50,209 bases of DNA from an uncultured Candidatus Saccharibacteria bacterium. Lineage in GTDB: Bacteria; Patescibacteriota; WWE3; 9FT-COMBO-53-11. This document shows, in pieces, positions 21,139-30,572 of the stretch (position 1 is the stretch's first letter; every line of letters begins with the position of its first letter). The stretch spans positions 1,568 through 51,776 of the forward strand of contig CAYGCK010000004.1 of NCBI GenBank assembly GCA_964348395.1. The letters are read 5' to 3'. The position numbers and the translations under genes were made by a program. The notes under the pieces are model-generated. The model searched no databases. It was not told the origin of the DNA and saw only the letters and a list, made by a program, of their open reading frames with translations.

Positions 21139-21825
21139 ATGTTGCCCGACTTTTTATTTAACATAGGTCCTTTGCCGGTGTATGCCTTTGGGGTGCTTCT
21201 GGCTATCTCGTATCTATTAGGTGTTTTTATTTTTTGGCGGCTCGGGCGTCGCGAAGGTTTCCCTTCGGAAGGACTTTTTGATATCGCCCTTTCTACCTCT
21301 ATAGTTGCTGTGATCGGAGCCCGGCTTTTATTTCTTAAGTTCTTTGGTGGATATATCAACTTCTTGGACATTTTCAGAATGGGTGAGGGGGTGTCTTGGG
21401 TTGGGGCTCTAATTTTTGGTTTTTTTGCCTTCGCCGTGTTTGTTCGAGTAAAAAAATGGTCCTTTTTTAGGATCGCAGATTTAGTCGTATTGGGGATGGC
21501 TTTCGGGCAAGCTGGAGGTTTTCTAGCATCCGAAGCTGCCAGGTATATTCCTTTTTCTATTTATCTAGCGTTGGGGTATTTGCTTCTTGGATTTGTTCTT
21601 AAGTTTTTGCACAGCCGGGCGGCGCCGGGTGTTGCCTTTTTTGCGTATCTAATTGTCTCTGGAGCATTTTTGGCGTTTCTCGAATATCTTAGAGTCGATA
21701 AGGCGGTATGGATGGGACAGAACATAAACTATTCGTTCGGGGCCTTTTTATCGACCGTTGGTTTGGTAGGGTTGATTGCAAAAACTGCTAACTTAAGGTT
21801 TAATAGAGGTGGAAATGGAAGATAA
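21139..21825 (+). CDS. Prolipoprotein diacylglyceryl transferase-like protein (divergent Lgt)
   Basis: MLP..FNIGPLPVYAFG, IGARL, G.SW.GA, IAD..GQA.G, EYLR. Confidence 0.7.
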   Translation: MLPDFLFNIGPLPVYAFGVLLAISYLLGVFIFWRLGRREGFPSEGLFDIALSTSIVAVIGARLLFLKFFGGYINFLDIFRMGEGVSWVGALIFGFFAFAVFVRVKKWSFFRIADLVVLGMAFGQAGGFLASEAARYIPFSIYLALGYLLLGFVLKFLHSRAAPGVAFFAYLIVSGAFLAFLEYLRVDKAVWMGQNINYSFGAFLSTVGLVGLIAKTANLRFNRGGNGR

Positions 21826-22174
21826 AAACTTCCTGAAGGAATCCAGAAAACGTCTCTTGGCTTCGAAGAAGAAGCTCGTTAAGCAGATTGAGGAGCTTGC
21901 CGCGCAGGATCCCAGCAAGGGCCCCGATAAGATTACTGAGTTTTCAGAAGAGGCCGACGCTGTGGAGGAGCACGAGCGGCTTCATGACGAGACAAGACTT
22001 CTGGAGAACCATCTTGAGGAGATCCAAGCGGCGATGTCTAAGATTGAGAAAACCCCCGCAAAATACGGGATTTGTGAGAACTGCGGGGAACAAATAGATA
22101 GAGCCAGACTCGAAGCCTACCCACACGCAAGGTATTGCTTAAATTGTGAGAAGAAATTAGGCACGCAGGGCTAG
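21815..22174 (+). CDS. DksA/TraR C4-type zinc finger protein
   Basis: YGICENCGEQIDRARLEAYPHARYCLNC. Confidence 0.9.
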   Translation: MEDKNFLKESRKRLLASKKKLVKQIEELAAQDPSKGPDKITEFSEEADAVEEHERLHDETRLLENHLEEIQAAMSKIEKTPAKYGICENCGEQIDRARLEAYPHARYCLNCEKKLGTQG

Positions 22175-22878
22175 TGCTTAACATAATTTTCGAAGACGAT
22201 ACCCTTTTAGTTTTATCCAAACCGGCAGGTCAGACGGTAAACCGCGCTCAAACCACGAGAGGGAAGGTCACTACTCAGGACGAGCTTGAAAAGCATTTCG
22301 GTATAGAATCCCCGCGCGAGGGAATTGGAGGCAGGGCCGGAATTGTACATCGGTTGGATAAGGAGACCTCGGGGATTCTGCTTGTCGCTAAAACCAAGGA
22401 TGCTTTTGAGAGGCTCCAGTCGCAGTTTAAGCGCCGCACGGTTGGCAAGGAGTATCTCGCCCTTGTTCACGGGGAGACACCAGTGGAAGGAACCGTCGAA
22501 GCGCCTATCGCGCGCAATCCGAAGGCAAGAACCCGCTTTGCCGTGGTTGCCGGTGGAAAACCGGCGTCGACCAGCTACAAAAGGAGGGGTGTCTACAGAA
22601 GAGGAGGGGAGCGATACTCGCTGGTTAATCTTCTGCCGAAGACAGGCCGAACCCATCAGTTAAGAGTTCATATGAAACATACAGGTTATCCCATCGTTTC
22701 GGATCTGCTCTATCTATCTAGAGGGAGGTTTAAAGAAGACTTGAAGTTCTGTCCGCGGTTGTTCCTACACGCCGCGGCTTTGAGTTTTATCCATCCCGTC
22801 TCCGGGGCGAAAATGCGCATTGAGGCCGAACTAGCGGAAGATTTGGCAGACGTGCTTTCTGAAATCACCCCGGTTTAG
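22174..22878 (+). CDS. RluA family pseudouridine synthase
   Basis: KPAG, GIVHRLDKETSG, TGRTHQLRVH, LFLHA. Confidence 0.93.
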   Translation: MLNIIFEDDTLLVLSKPAGQTVNRAQTTRGKVTTQDELEKHFGIESPREGIGGRAGIVHRLDKETSGILLVAKTKDAFERLQSQFKRRTVGKEYLALVHGETPVEGTVEAPIARNPKARTRFAVVAGGKPASTSYKRRGVYRRGGERYSLVNLLPKTGRTHQLRVHMKHTGYPIVSDLLYLSRGRFKEDLKFCPRLFLHAAALSFIHPVSGAKMRIEAELAEDLADVLSEITPV

Positions 22879-22959
22879 TTTTACAAAGACAACCCGGCTT
22901 ATTGTTGATTCCTACTATTGCTTTTCACATCAATGAATTGCTATATTAATTCATAATAT

Positions 22960-23286
22960 ATGCCGCAGGTTTCTAAAGCTCCGATTAAAAAGGAAGTGGA
23001 AAGAAAGATAAGGCACGCCTTCAGCCAGTCTCTGGCCAAGATATCGTCCGAGAAGGAGATGGAGCGCTACATTTTCGATCTTCTTACCCCGACCGAGCAG
23101 ATTATGCTCGCCAAGCGTTTAGCCATAGCTGCGCTTTTGGTTCGAGGCCTGTCATACCAGGAGATTTCCAAGCGACTGAAGGTCAGCACCTCGACGGTTG
23201 CTAGAGTCAACTTGTGGCTAAGAGCCTCGGGTGCGGGATACCGTAGGGCGGTTGAGTCGATAGGGGACTGGAAACCGCTAGTTTGA
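22960..23286 (+). CDS. TrpR-like (YerC/YecD) regulator
   Basis: DLLTPTEQIMLAKRL, SYQEISKRLKVSTSTVARV helix-turn-helix. Confidence 0.85.
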   Translation: MPQVSKAPIKKEVERKIRHAFSQSLAKISSEKEMERYIFDLLTPTEQIMLAKRLAIAALLVRGLSYQEISKRLKVSTSTVARVNLWLRASGAGYRRAVESIGDWKPLV

Positions 23287-23318
23287 TATCTTAAAGAAAG
23301 AGTAAAGAGCCCCTGCCC

Positions 23319-24371
23319 ATGGCAAGAAGATACGGTAAAGTCGGTAAGAAAAGAAATCGTCAGCCCTCCTCTTGGAGACGGCTCAAGAGTCAGTTTAAGA
23401 TTCAGAAGCGCCTTCGCCGACTTAAATTGGCGCTCATTGTCGTGGCTGCGGTTACCCTCACCCTTGGGGGAATTTATCTTTGGAACCTCTTTACAAAACC
23501 CCTCGCCTCCGCCGCCTCCACCTTTAAGAGCAACGTTTCTTGGGATGGGAAGACGCCTTTGAACCTTATGTATTTGGAGGTTTCAAAGATCGACGAGCTC
23601 GCCCCCCAAACTTTGACGTTGGGAGTCTTGATGCTAAACCCAACTCAGGAGCGGTTCAGTGCGGTCGAGATTCCGGTCGGCTACGCTAGGTTAGCGGATA
23701 TCTACGGCTTGGGTAACCTTTCCGGGGAGAGGGATGGGCTGCGGAGACTCGGCGGCACTCTTATGGATTTGCTAGGGATTCCTATCGACGGGTATGTTCT
23801 TGTGGGGAGTGGTGGTATAGATGAACTCTCTACTCTCTTCCCGCAGGTTGAGGAACTTGGGGAGGTTGTGAGCTTATCCAATCTATCTAAACTACCCATC
23901 GTTTGGAGCATAGCCCGGCGGTATGTGCAAACAGACCTTGGCCTGCCCGAGATCGTTCGCGTATTTTGGTTTCTGTTACAGATCCGTTCCGATAAGGTAG
24001 CGCATATGTCTTTAGGTGAGGAGCTACTTGGGGATCCCGCAAACCTCGATAAGAAACTTTCGCCTTTTGTAAGAGACGACATCCTTTTTGCGGAGCACCT
24101 CAAGATACAGATCTTAAACGGTTCAAACGCTCCGGGGCTTGCGGCCTCATCTGCGAGGATGATTAGAAACATAGGCGGAGAGGTGATTCGCGTCGATAAT
24201 TTTGAACGTCAGGATTTAAATAAAGGCTACTTAATCTTGGAATCCTCAGGTAGCTACACCGCCCGACGCTTGGCAGAGATTTTTGGAGTCTCCGACAGCC
24301 GTCCCCCAAGAACCGGTGCTGAAGCACGTGCCAACGTAACCCTTATTCTGGGAATTGAAAATGCGTTTTAG
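23319..24371 (+). CDS. LCP-like protein with LytR C-terminal domain
   Basis: N-terminal TM, LLGIPIDGYV, IQILNGSNAPGLA, VTLILG. Confidence 0.8.
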   Translation: MARRYGKVGKKRNRQPSSWRRLKSQFKIQKRLRRLKLALIVVAAVTLTLGGIYLWNLFTKPLASAASTFKSNVSWDGKTPLNLMYLEVSKIDELAPQTLTLGVLMLNPTQERFSAVEIPVGYARLADIYGLGNLSGERDGLRRLGGTLMDLLGIPIDGYVLVGSGGIDELSTLFPQVEELGEVVSLSNLSKLPIVWSIARRYVQTDLGLPEIVRVFWFLLQIRSDKVAHMSLGEELLGDPANLDKKLSPFVRDDILFAEHLKIQILNGSNAPGLAASSARMIRNIGGEVIRVDNFERQDLNKGYLILESSGSYTARRLAEIFGVSDSRPPRTGAEARANVTLILGIENAF

Positions 24372-25474
24372 AGTTCTTTTTTTCTCCTCGCTTTAAGAAG
24401 GAAAAACAAGATTGTACCCCCCGCGACAAGAAGAATCGAGGGGATAAGAAACAATTCAATGTTTTGGGGGATAGAGATTTTAAGACCTCCCAAACCCGCT
24501 TTCTCAAGAAGTCTGTTTATCATGGTTTTGGCTTGATTCTCTTGGTCCGTTGCCGCTTCTTGATCTTCAACCTGAAGGGCCGAATAAATCCCTCCGCCGT
24601 TTACCCAGTAGTACATACGACGCCCTTCGGGAAAATCTAGAACAAAAGGGTCTTGGTATGAACCTAGCTGTCCGCCGGTACCGAACTGCCCGCTTTCCTC
24701 CTCGGGGGTTAGCTCCGCAACCGGGTCGGAGAAGACAAGCCCATCGGTCGAGGTGGCAGAGTAGATACCGTCACTGAAATTTTCGTTTGGGGTCTGAACG
24801 GCAAAGTAGAGGCGAAATACACCTTCCTCCTCTTCGTAGATCGCGTGGGCGTTCCACACCGAATCGGCTTCCAACGGCTCCTCGTCCACATTTATTCTTA
24901 TTCCCGCGTCTTTAGTCCAAATCAGTCCGTCGGAGGAGGTGGCGGAGAGAACGCGCCAGGTGAATTCTTGCTCCGTTCTTCTAATCTCCCCGTCATAGTA
25001 CATTCTCCAACCGCCTTGGGGGAGAGTTACAACCGAAGGGTGGACTACATTATCGGGATCGTGTTGACCGCCGGGAGTGAGGCGGGTACCCGATTCGGCG
25101 GTCCAGTTTAGACCGTCTTGAGAGGTGGCGCTTTTGATGGCACCTCGCCCGCTCTCAATGGTCTGAAAATACATCCGCCAGCTCCCGTCGGGAAGTTTGA
25201 CGAGTGACGGCATTGAGCCGGTTAGGCGCACTCCATCTTCGACTTGAAAAGCCCGCCCGTCCGCCGATACGGCGCTTTTCATTTGAGTACCTTGGTGAAA
25301 GTACATCCGGTAGCGTCCGTCCGGAAGGGAAATAACCTCTACGTTGTGCACGGTGGTGTCGCTAAAGATAACGTCTTCCTCTCTCCAACTTAGAGTTTGG
25401 GCAAAAAGAGTACTCCCAAGAAGGACTAGGGAAAGGCTTAAGATACTTGTGAGGACGGGCAGGATTTTCTTCAT
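24368..25474 (-). CDS. Exported beta-propeller (glycoside hydrolase-like) with C-terminal anchor
   Basis: Repeats LPDGxxRMY and ATSxDGLxW; signal peptide; C-terminal TM plus basic tail. Confidence 0.75.
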   Translation of the reverse strand: MKKILPVLTSILSLSLVLLGSTLFAQTLSWREEDVIFSDTTVHNVEVISLPDGRYRMYFHQGTQMKSAVSADGRAFQVEDGVRLTGSMPSLVKLPDGSWRMYFQTIESGRGAIKSATSQDGLNWTAESGTRLTPGGQHDPDNVVHPSVVTLPQGGWRMYYDGEIRRTEQEFTWRVLSATSSDGLIWTKDAGIRINVDEEPLEADSVWNAHAIYEEEEGVFRLYFAVQTPNENFSDGIYSATSTDGLVFSDPVAELTPEEESGQFGTGGQLGSYQDPFVLDFPEGRRMYYWVNGGGIYSALQVEDQEAATDQENQAKTMINRLLEKAGLGGLKISIPQNIELFLIPSILLVAGGTILFFLLKARRKKEL

Positions 25475-25525
25475 GGACTTTAAGAATTAGTGACTTCTAA
25501 TTCTAGCAAAGTTAAAAGCACCGTC

Positions 25526-26173
25526 TTAAAAAACGTCTCCTTTCTTGAGAATATCAAGGACCTGATGGAAGTTGTCTACGGTGTGGTTTGCCCGGTGAAG
25601 TTGGGCTCGGGTGAACCAATCCGTCTTTAGAGCGATGGCTACAAAACCCCCCTCCCGTGCCGCCTCGATGCCGGAGGCCGAGTCCTCGACCACGATGACC
25701 TGTTTTGGGTTGAGGCTCTCCTTCTCTACCGCCTTGAGGAAAAGGTCCGGAGCCGGCTTTTTTCTTTGAACCTCGTCGCCGAAGGTTTTGGAGTCAAAAT
25801 GGTGTCCTATGCCAAGAGTCTCGACCACCCGGCTCGCCACATCGGCGGTGTTTGAGGTGGCGAGTATCCTTTTAACACCGCGGCCTCTAAGGTAATACAT
25901 TACCTCACGCACTCCTGGGCGCACCTTGACCTCCTCGAGGTGTTTGAGGTAAAACTCTTGAGTTTCGCGGGCCAGATCCCCGGGATCCTCGCTCATCCCT
26001 AGATTCTTAACCATTTTTTGCCAATTTTCTTTAACTCCGATGCCCGGTATGTGCACTACATCCTCACACGAGATGCGGCGCTTTTTCAAAACCGCGCAAA
26101 ACGCTCTGTCGTAGACCCTCTCGTTGTCGATTAAGGTACCGTCGAGGTCAAAGATTACCGCTTTTGCAATCAC
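25526..26173 (-). CDS. HAD-superfamily phosphatase (beta-PGM/CbbY-like)
   Basis: FDLDGTL, ATS, KPAPD, VEDSASGIEAA. Confidence 0.9.
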   Translation of the reverse strand: MIAKAVIFDLDGTLIDNERVYDRAFCAVLKKRRISCEDVVHIPGIGVKENWQKMVKNLGMSEDPGDLARETQEFYLKHLEEVKVRPGVREVMYYLRGRGVKRILATSNTADVASRVVETLGIGHHFDSKTFGDEVQRKKPAPDLFLKAVEKESLNPKQVIVVEDSASGIEAAREGGFVAIALKTDWFTRAQLHRANHTVDNFHQVLDILKKGDVF

Positions 26174-26207
26174 GGTCTAATTCTATACCAAGTGCCCCGG
26201 CGTTATC

Positions 26208-26236
26208 TTGACTTTAGGGCGTTTTCCCCTTATACT
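26208..26236 (+). promoter_or_regulatory. Near-consensus sigma70 promoter
   Basis: TTGACT-17 bp-TATACT. Confidence 0.7.
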
Positions 26237-26240
26237 AATG

Positions 26241-26297
26241 GTAGTCTCTCTCCTTTCTTCGGGGTCGGGCCAAATTAGCCCGGCCCCATCTATTTCC
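26241..26297 (+). ncRNA. Candidate small RNA (or structured leader) with anti-SD tract and GC-rich hairpin
   Basis: GTAGTCTCTCTCCTTTCTTC followed by GGGGTCGGGC-CAAATTA-GCCCGGCCCC and ATCTATTT. Confidence 0.35.
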
Positions 26298-26346
26298 CTA
26301 AAAATTGCAACCCATAGGGGTCGTGAGTTATCCTTAGTGTAAGGTA

Positions 26347-28839
26347 ATGACAGTACTTCCTTTTGTTTTGGGCGTAGTTGGTCTCTCTATAGCTGGCGCG
26401 CTTCGCGGCGGGAGTCCAAAGAAAAAGTTAGCTATGCGCGGCAGGCACTTTGAAGAAGGTGTACTTCTGGAGATACGCGTTCCTCGCGGCAACGAGAAGG
26501 ATCCCTTGGCCGCCGAGCAGATGTTCGCCTCCCTTCATGGGCTCTTGCGTGTCGACCCTCACGAGCAGGAGCATATCTCCTTTGAAATAGCATCCGACGC
26601 CTCGGGTATTCATTTTTATGCCTGGTGTCCTCAGCATTTGCAGGAGTTCGTCGCGGGGCAGATTTACGCTCAGTATCCTTCGGCCGAAATTAAACCGGTC
26701 GAGCACGATTATATGAACACCGATCTTTCCGGTTTGTCGGTCTGCGGCGCTACCCTTAAACTCCCCAAAGAATCATTTTTCCCGCTGAAGACGTTCCGAG
26801 ACTTTGAGGTGGACCCCTTAGCCTCGGTTACTGGTTCTATGGGTGAGGTTGGCGAGGGTGAGCGTATTTGGCTGCAAATCCTGGTTCGACCTGTCCCCGA
26901 CGGTTGGCAGGAGACGGGACACGCGTATGTTGAGGAAGTTAAAACCGGAGTAGCGAAGGCAAAACTCGGAGTTTCGGAATTTGTTCGTGGCGTGGTCGAG
27001 GAGATTGGGAGCTTGATACCACACGCCTTTGAGCAGTTTGTTAACCCAGAGCGCCAAGCCGAAAAAATAGCCAAAGCTGGAGGTCCTTCGCGAATTGAGT
27101 ACCCCCGTCTTTCGGCGGGGCAGGAGCTTGAGCTCAAGATGATAGAGGACAAACTTACGCGTATGGGCTTTGAGGTCGCGATAAGGGTTCTAACCGCGGC
27201 GCTTGACGAGGAGAACTGTAACAAGCTCTTGCGTGGCGTTACGGCTTCCTTTAGGCAGTTTTCCTCGGCTAATCTAAACTCTTTTGTAGGAACCGCTCCG
27301 GGTGGAAGGATAGGGGATTTTAAGAAGACGGTCACAACCCGCACGTTTCCCGAAGAGAAACCTTACATTTTGGATACCGCCGAGCTGGCTTCTGTATTCC
27401 ACCTTCCAAACGTTTCGGTTGAGACCCCGGCTATATCCTGGGCTACTTATAAGAAGGGCGAACCGCCCGCAAATCTTCCGACGTCAAATTGCACCTACTT
27501 TGCACAAACCACGTTCCGCGAACGATTGGTTAGGTTTGGAATAAAGCGCGACGACCGACGCAAACACATGTATCTTGTCGGCAAGACCGGCACCGGTAAG
27601 TCGACCCTCTTTAAAAATATGATTGTGCAGGATATCCAAAACGGTGAAGGCGTTGCCGTTTTGGACCCCCACGGAGATTTGGTTAAGGATCTTCTAGATT
27701 TTATTCCCCCAGAGCGTGTCAAAGACGTTGTTTACTTTGATCCCGCGGATGTCGAGCGACCTGTGGGCTTGAACCTTTTGGAGCTCAACGATACCTCCCA
27801 GAAAAACCTTCTGGCTTCGGGACTCCTGGACGCGTTTAAGAAGCACTTTATCGATATTTCCTGGGGTCCTCGGTTGGAATACCTTTTAAATAACGCGATT
27901 CTTACACTCCTTGAGGTTCCCGGGACTACCCTTTTGGGGATAACGCGGCTTTTGTCCGATAAAAACTACCAGAAATATATCGTACACAAGGTTAAGGACC
28001 CGGTGCTTCGTGACTTTTGGGAGACCGAGTATAAGCAGATGATGGGCAACCCGCGCCTCCACACCGAGGCGGTAGCGCCTATTCAAAACAAGGTGGGACG
28101 GTTCTTGGCATCCTCGACCATAAGAAATATCGTGGGGCAGCGAACGTCGTCCTTGGATTTGGATGACATCATGAACTCCGGAAAGATTCTTTTGGTTAAC
28201 CTCTCCAAAGGAAAAATCGGTGAGGACAACGCTAACCTTTTGGGATCGCTTTTGATATCGCGCATTAACTTTACGGCTATGCAGAGGGTACGGTTGCCCG
28301 AGGACGAGCGGCGCGATTTCTACGTCTACGCCGATGAGTTTCAGAACTTTGCCTCAGGCTCCTTCGCCTCCATCTTGTCTGAGGCCCGCAAGTACCGTTT
28401 AAGTCTCCACCTAACTCACCAGTACGTGGAGCAAATACCGGAGAACATGCAGGATGCGATTTTTGGGAACGTGGGAACCATATTGGTTTTTGCGGTAGGC
28501 GCTCCGGACGCGGCGGTTTTGGAGAAGGAGTTTGTGCCGTACTTTACCGCTGAAGATTTGATTTCTTTGGATAAGTTTCATATGTACGTGAAGCTTATGG
28601 CCGACGGGATGATCTCCAAACCCTTCTCAGCCGTTTCCTTCCCTCCGCCGGAGGGTCGGACCTATCAGAGCCAGGAGGCGGTTGAGTTCTCGCGAACCTC
28701 CTACGGCAGAAACGCTAAAGAGATAGAGGGAAAGATTCGCCGCTGGAGCGAAAGGGAATTTACCAAAGGACTCGCTATAGCCGAGGAGAAAAGGCAAGAC
28801 GTTATAGAGCCCGGGGAAGCTGGCGGCGAGGTCAAGTGA
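26347..28839 (+). CDS. TrwB/VirD4/HerA(DUF87)-like P-loop ATPase
   Basis: DRRKHMYLVGKTGTGKST, LDPHGDL, WGPRLE, YADEFQNF, LSEARKYRL, THQY. Confidence 0.88.
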   Translation: MTVLPFVLGVVGLSIAGALRGGSPKKKLAMRGRHFEEGVLLEIRVPRGNEKDPLAAEQMFASLHGLLRVDPHEQEHISFEIASDASGIHFYAWCPQHLQEFVAGQIYAQYPSAEIKPVEHDYMNTDLSGLSVCGATLKLPKESFFPLKTFRDFEVDPLASVTGSMGEVGEGERIWLQILVRPVPDGWQETGHAYVEEVKTGVAKAKLGVSEFVRGVVEEIGSLIPHAFEQFVNPERQAEKIAKAGGPSRIEYPRLSAGQELELKMIEDKLTRMGFEVAIRVLTAALDEENCNKLLRGVTASFRQFSSANLNSFVGTAPGGRIGDFKKTVTTRTFPEEKPYILDTAELASVFHLPNVSVETPAISWATYKKGEPPANLPTSNCTYFAQTTFRERLVRFGIKRDDRRKHMYLVGKTGTGKSTLFKNMIVQDIQNGEGVAVLDPHGDLVKDLLDFIPPERVKDVVYFDPADVERPVGLNLLELNDTSQKNLLASGLLDAFKKHFIDISWGPRLEYLLNNAILTLLEVPGTTLLGITRLLSDKNYQKYIVHKVKDPVLRDFWETEYKQMMGNPRLHTEAVAPIQNKVGRFLASSTIRNIVGQRTSSLDLDDIMNSGKILLVNLSKGKIGEDNANLLGSLLISRINFTAMQRVRLPEDERRDFYVYADEFQNFASGSFASILSEARKYRLSLHLTHQYVEQIPENMQDAIFGNVGTILVFAVGAPDAAVLEKEFVPYFTAEDLISLDKFHMYVKLMADGMISKPFSAVSFPPPEGRTYQSQEAVEFSRTSYGRNAKEIEGKIRRWSEREFTKGLAIAEEKRQDVIEPGEAGGEVK

Positions 28840-28896
28840 AATGATAAAGTAAGAAGGTTGGGAGGGAGACGGAATTCTCTTTGGAAAGAAAGGTAG

Positions 28897-29625
28897 ATGA
28901 AGCAACTGGGAAAGGACAAAATTCAACTTCTTCGTCAAGCGCTCGTCAGCGCTTCCTCTTCTATTAAACTCGCAAATCAAATCCTAAATGACGTTGAGCG
29001 AATGGGCGGAGCTACCGAGCTGCCGGGTTTGGTAGGACGCTACGACGGACGCTTTATGGTGACCGAGGCCGGCAAGAAATATCCCGTACCGGATAATTAT
29101 TCCGCAAAGACGAAATTGGTTTACAACGACAGACTCAAGATGGTTGAGGGGCCCCGGGGCAGACAGTTTAAGCTGGTGGAGAAGGTTTCCAGAGTGGAGG
29201 TAGAAGCTCAGCTTGTTGAAAAAGACGACCAGTTTGAAGCTCTTACCAAAGACGGATCTCATAAGCTTCTGCAATCCGCCGTTAAGTACTGGAGTGGAGC
29301 GGAGGGAGACAAGGTCAAGATACGTCTTCCCGAGGGAGAAAAGAACGTCCCGTTCGCCGCGCTCGTGGAGATAGTAGGAAAGACTCCCGGCGGGGCTAAA
29401 GAAGAGCCTAAAAAATCCGAAGGTGAGAAGCCTAAGAAAAAAGAGGAGGAAAAGGCGAAAGCTCCCGCGAAGAAAACCAGAACCGAAAAAAAGGCGGCCC
29501 CCAAGAAAAAAACGACCACTAAGAAAGCGAGCGCCCCGGCTAAAAAGAAAACCTCAACCAAGGCCAAAGCGGGAAAGGAAAAACCCAAGAAAGAAGAGCC
29601 CATCGGCGAGGAAGAGCTACGTTAA
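28897..29625 (+). CDS. Hypothetical protein with Lys/Ala-rich histone-H1-like tail
   Basis: GKKYPVPDNYSAKTKLV globular part; KAPAKKT/AAPKKK tail. Confidence 0.75.
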   Translation: MKQLGKDKIQLLRQALVSASSSIKLANQILNDVERMGGATELPGLVGRYDGRFMVTEAGKKYPVPDNYSAKTKLVYNDRLKMVEGPRGRQFKLVEKVSRVEVEAQLVEKDDQFEALTKDGSHKLLQSAVKYWSGAEGDKVKIRLPEGEKNVPFAALVEIVGKTPGGAKEEPKKSEGEKPKKKEEEKAKAPAKKTRTEKKAAPKKKTTTKKASAPAKKKTSTKAKAGKEKPKKEEPIGEEELR

Positions 29626-29705
29626 AACCTATCCTATAGTGGACAAATCCGCTTTACCGCTGTAAAATTGATACAAATCCCATATCAAAGAAAGGAGGTA
29701 AGACC

Positions 29706-30494
29706 ATGCAGACCATTCCTTGGTTTGCGGTACTTTCCCCGAACGAATGTTTCGTCAAAAAAGTACCTGGACGTGGCTGGGGAATTTACCTTAAGGTTGG
29801 GGAGCTAGAGTACCTGGTTACCTTTGGTAACCCGGATATCTTCCCGACCATCTTTCCCACCAAACGCCACGCCGACGGCATTCGGCGAAACCTCGCAAAC
29901 GTTTTCGACTACATACGCGGTCGAGAACGAGTCGAGAACTTGAGCAACGACCCGAAAGCGCTTCCGCTCCTTGAGTGGAGAAGCGTACCAGTGGGTTCCG
30001 AGGTCAAGGCGCACGCGTTTGCCGGGAATGTTTGGGGGGTGGTGGCCATCACTGGTGACGGTCCTCACCTTGTTGTCTTTGACGAACTTGACGAGGAAAC
30101 AGGGCTCAAGACTTTCTCCGCAAGCCGGGAAGAGATCCAGTCCAACGCGGCTTTTCTAAATTGCCTCTTGGACAAAACGGTTGCGGAGGGGACAAGAACC
30201 CCACCGTTCCATCAAGGCACCGTTCAGATCGAGCCCGACGTTCCCCGGGAGCTGATCGCGGAAGATTTGGAGGAGCTTTGGTACATCGAGGTTGGGTGGC
30301 TCTTGCATCTCAACCGGGGTAACCGCCGCTCTTGTACCTGCTTGTCCTGTCGGAGCGAATACACACGGCGCTTGAACGCGATTCTGGACCGCTACGTGCA
30401 AGACTACGGTCACGTGCCGGTCGATATTCAGGTCGCAGCGGACATCGTTGAATCCGGGTGGCGAATCGTCGAGAACCGAAGCAGCAGACGCTAG
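29706..30494 (+). CDS. Hypothetical protein (orphan, SD-led)
   Basis: AAGAAAGGAGG SD, own promoter-like TGGACA..TAAAAT; C-terminal H..CTCLSC cluster. Confidence 0.7.
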   Translation: MQTIPWFAVLSPNECFVKKVPGRGWGIYLKVGELEYLVTFGNPDIFPTIFPTKRHADGIRRNLANVFDYIRGRERVENLSNDPKALPLLEWRSVPVGSEVKAHAFAGNVWGVVAITGDGPHLVVFDELDEETGLKTFSASREEIQSNAAFLNCLLDKTVAEGTRTPPFHQGTVQIEPDVPRELIAEDLEELWYIEVGWLLHLNRGNRRSCTCLSCRSEYTRRLNAILDRYVQDYGHVPVDIQVAADIVESGWRIVENRSSRR

Positions 30495-30496
30495 AG

Positions 30497-30539
30497 AAGC
30501 CGCTTAAGGAGACTATACCCTCAAGCGGCTTTTCCTTTT
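30497..30539 (+). terminator. Putative intrinsic terminator
   Basis: AAGCCGCTT...AAGCGGCTT stem followed by TTCCTTTT. Confidence 0.6.
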
Positions 30540-30572
30540 GGTCTGATATCATTATCGGGGAGTAACGGGAAT

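Noticed and set aside
29400..29600. Low-complexity A-rich stretch
   Set aside because: Explained by the Lys/Ala/Pro-rich protein tail, not a DNA repeat.
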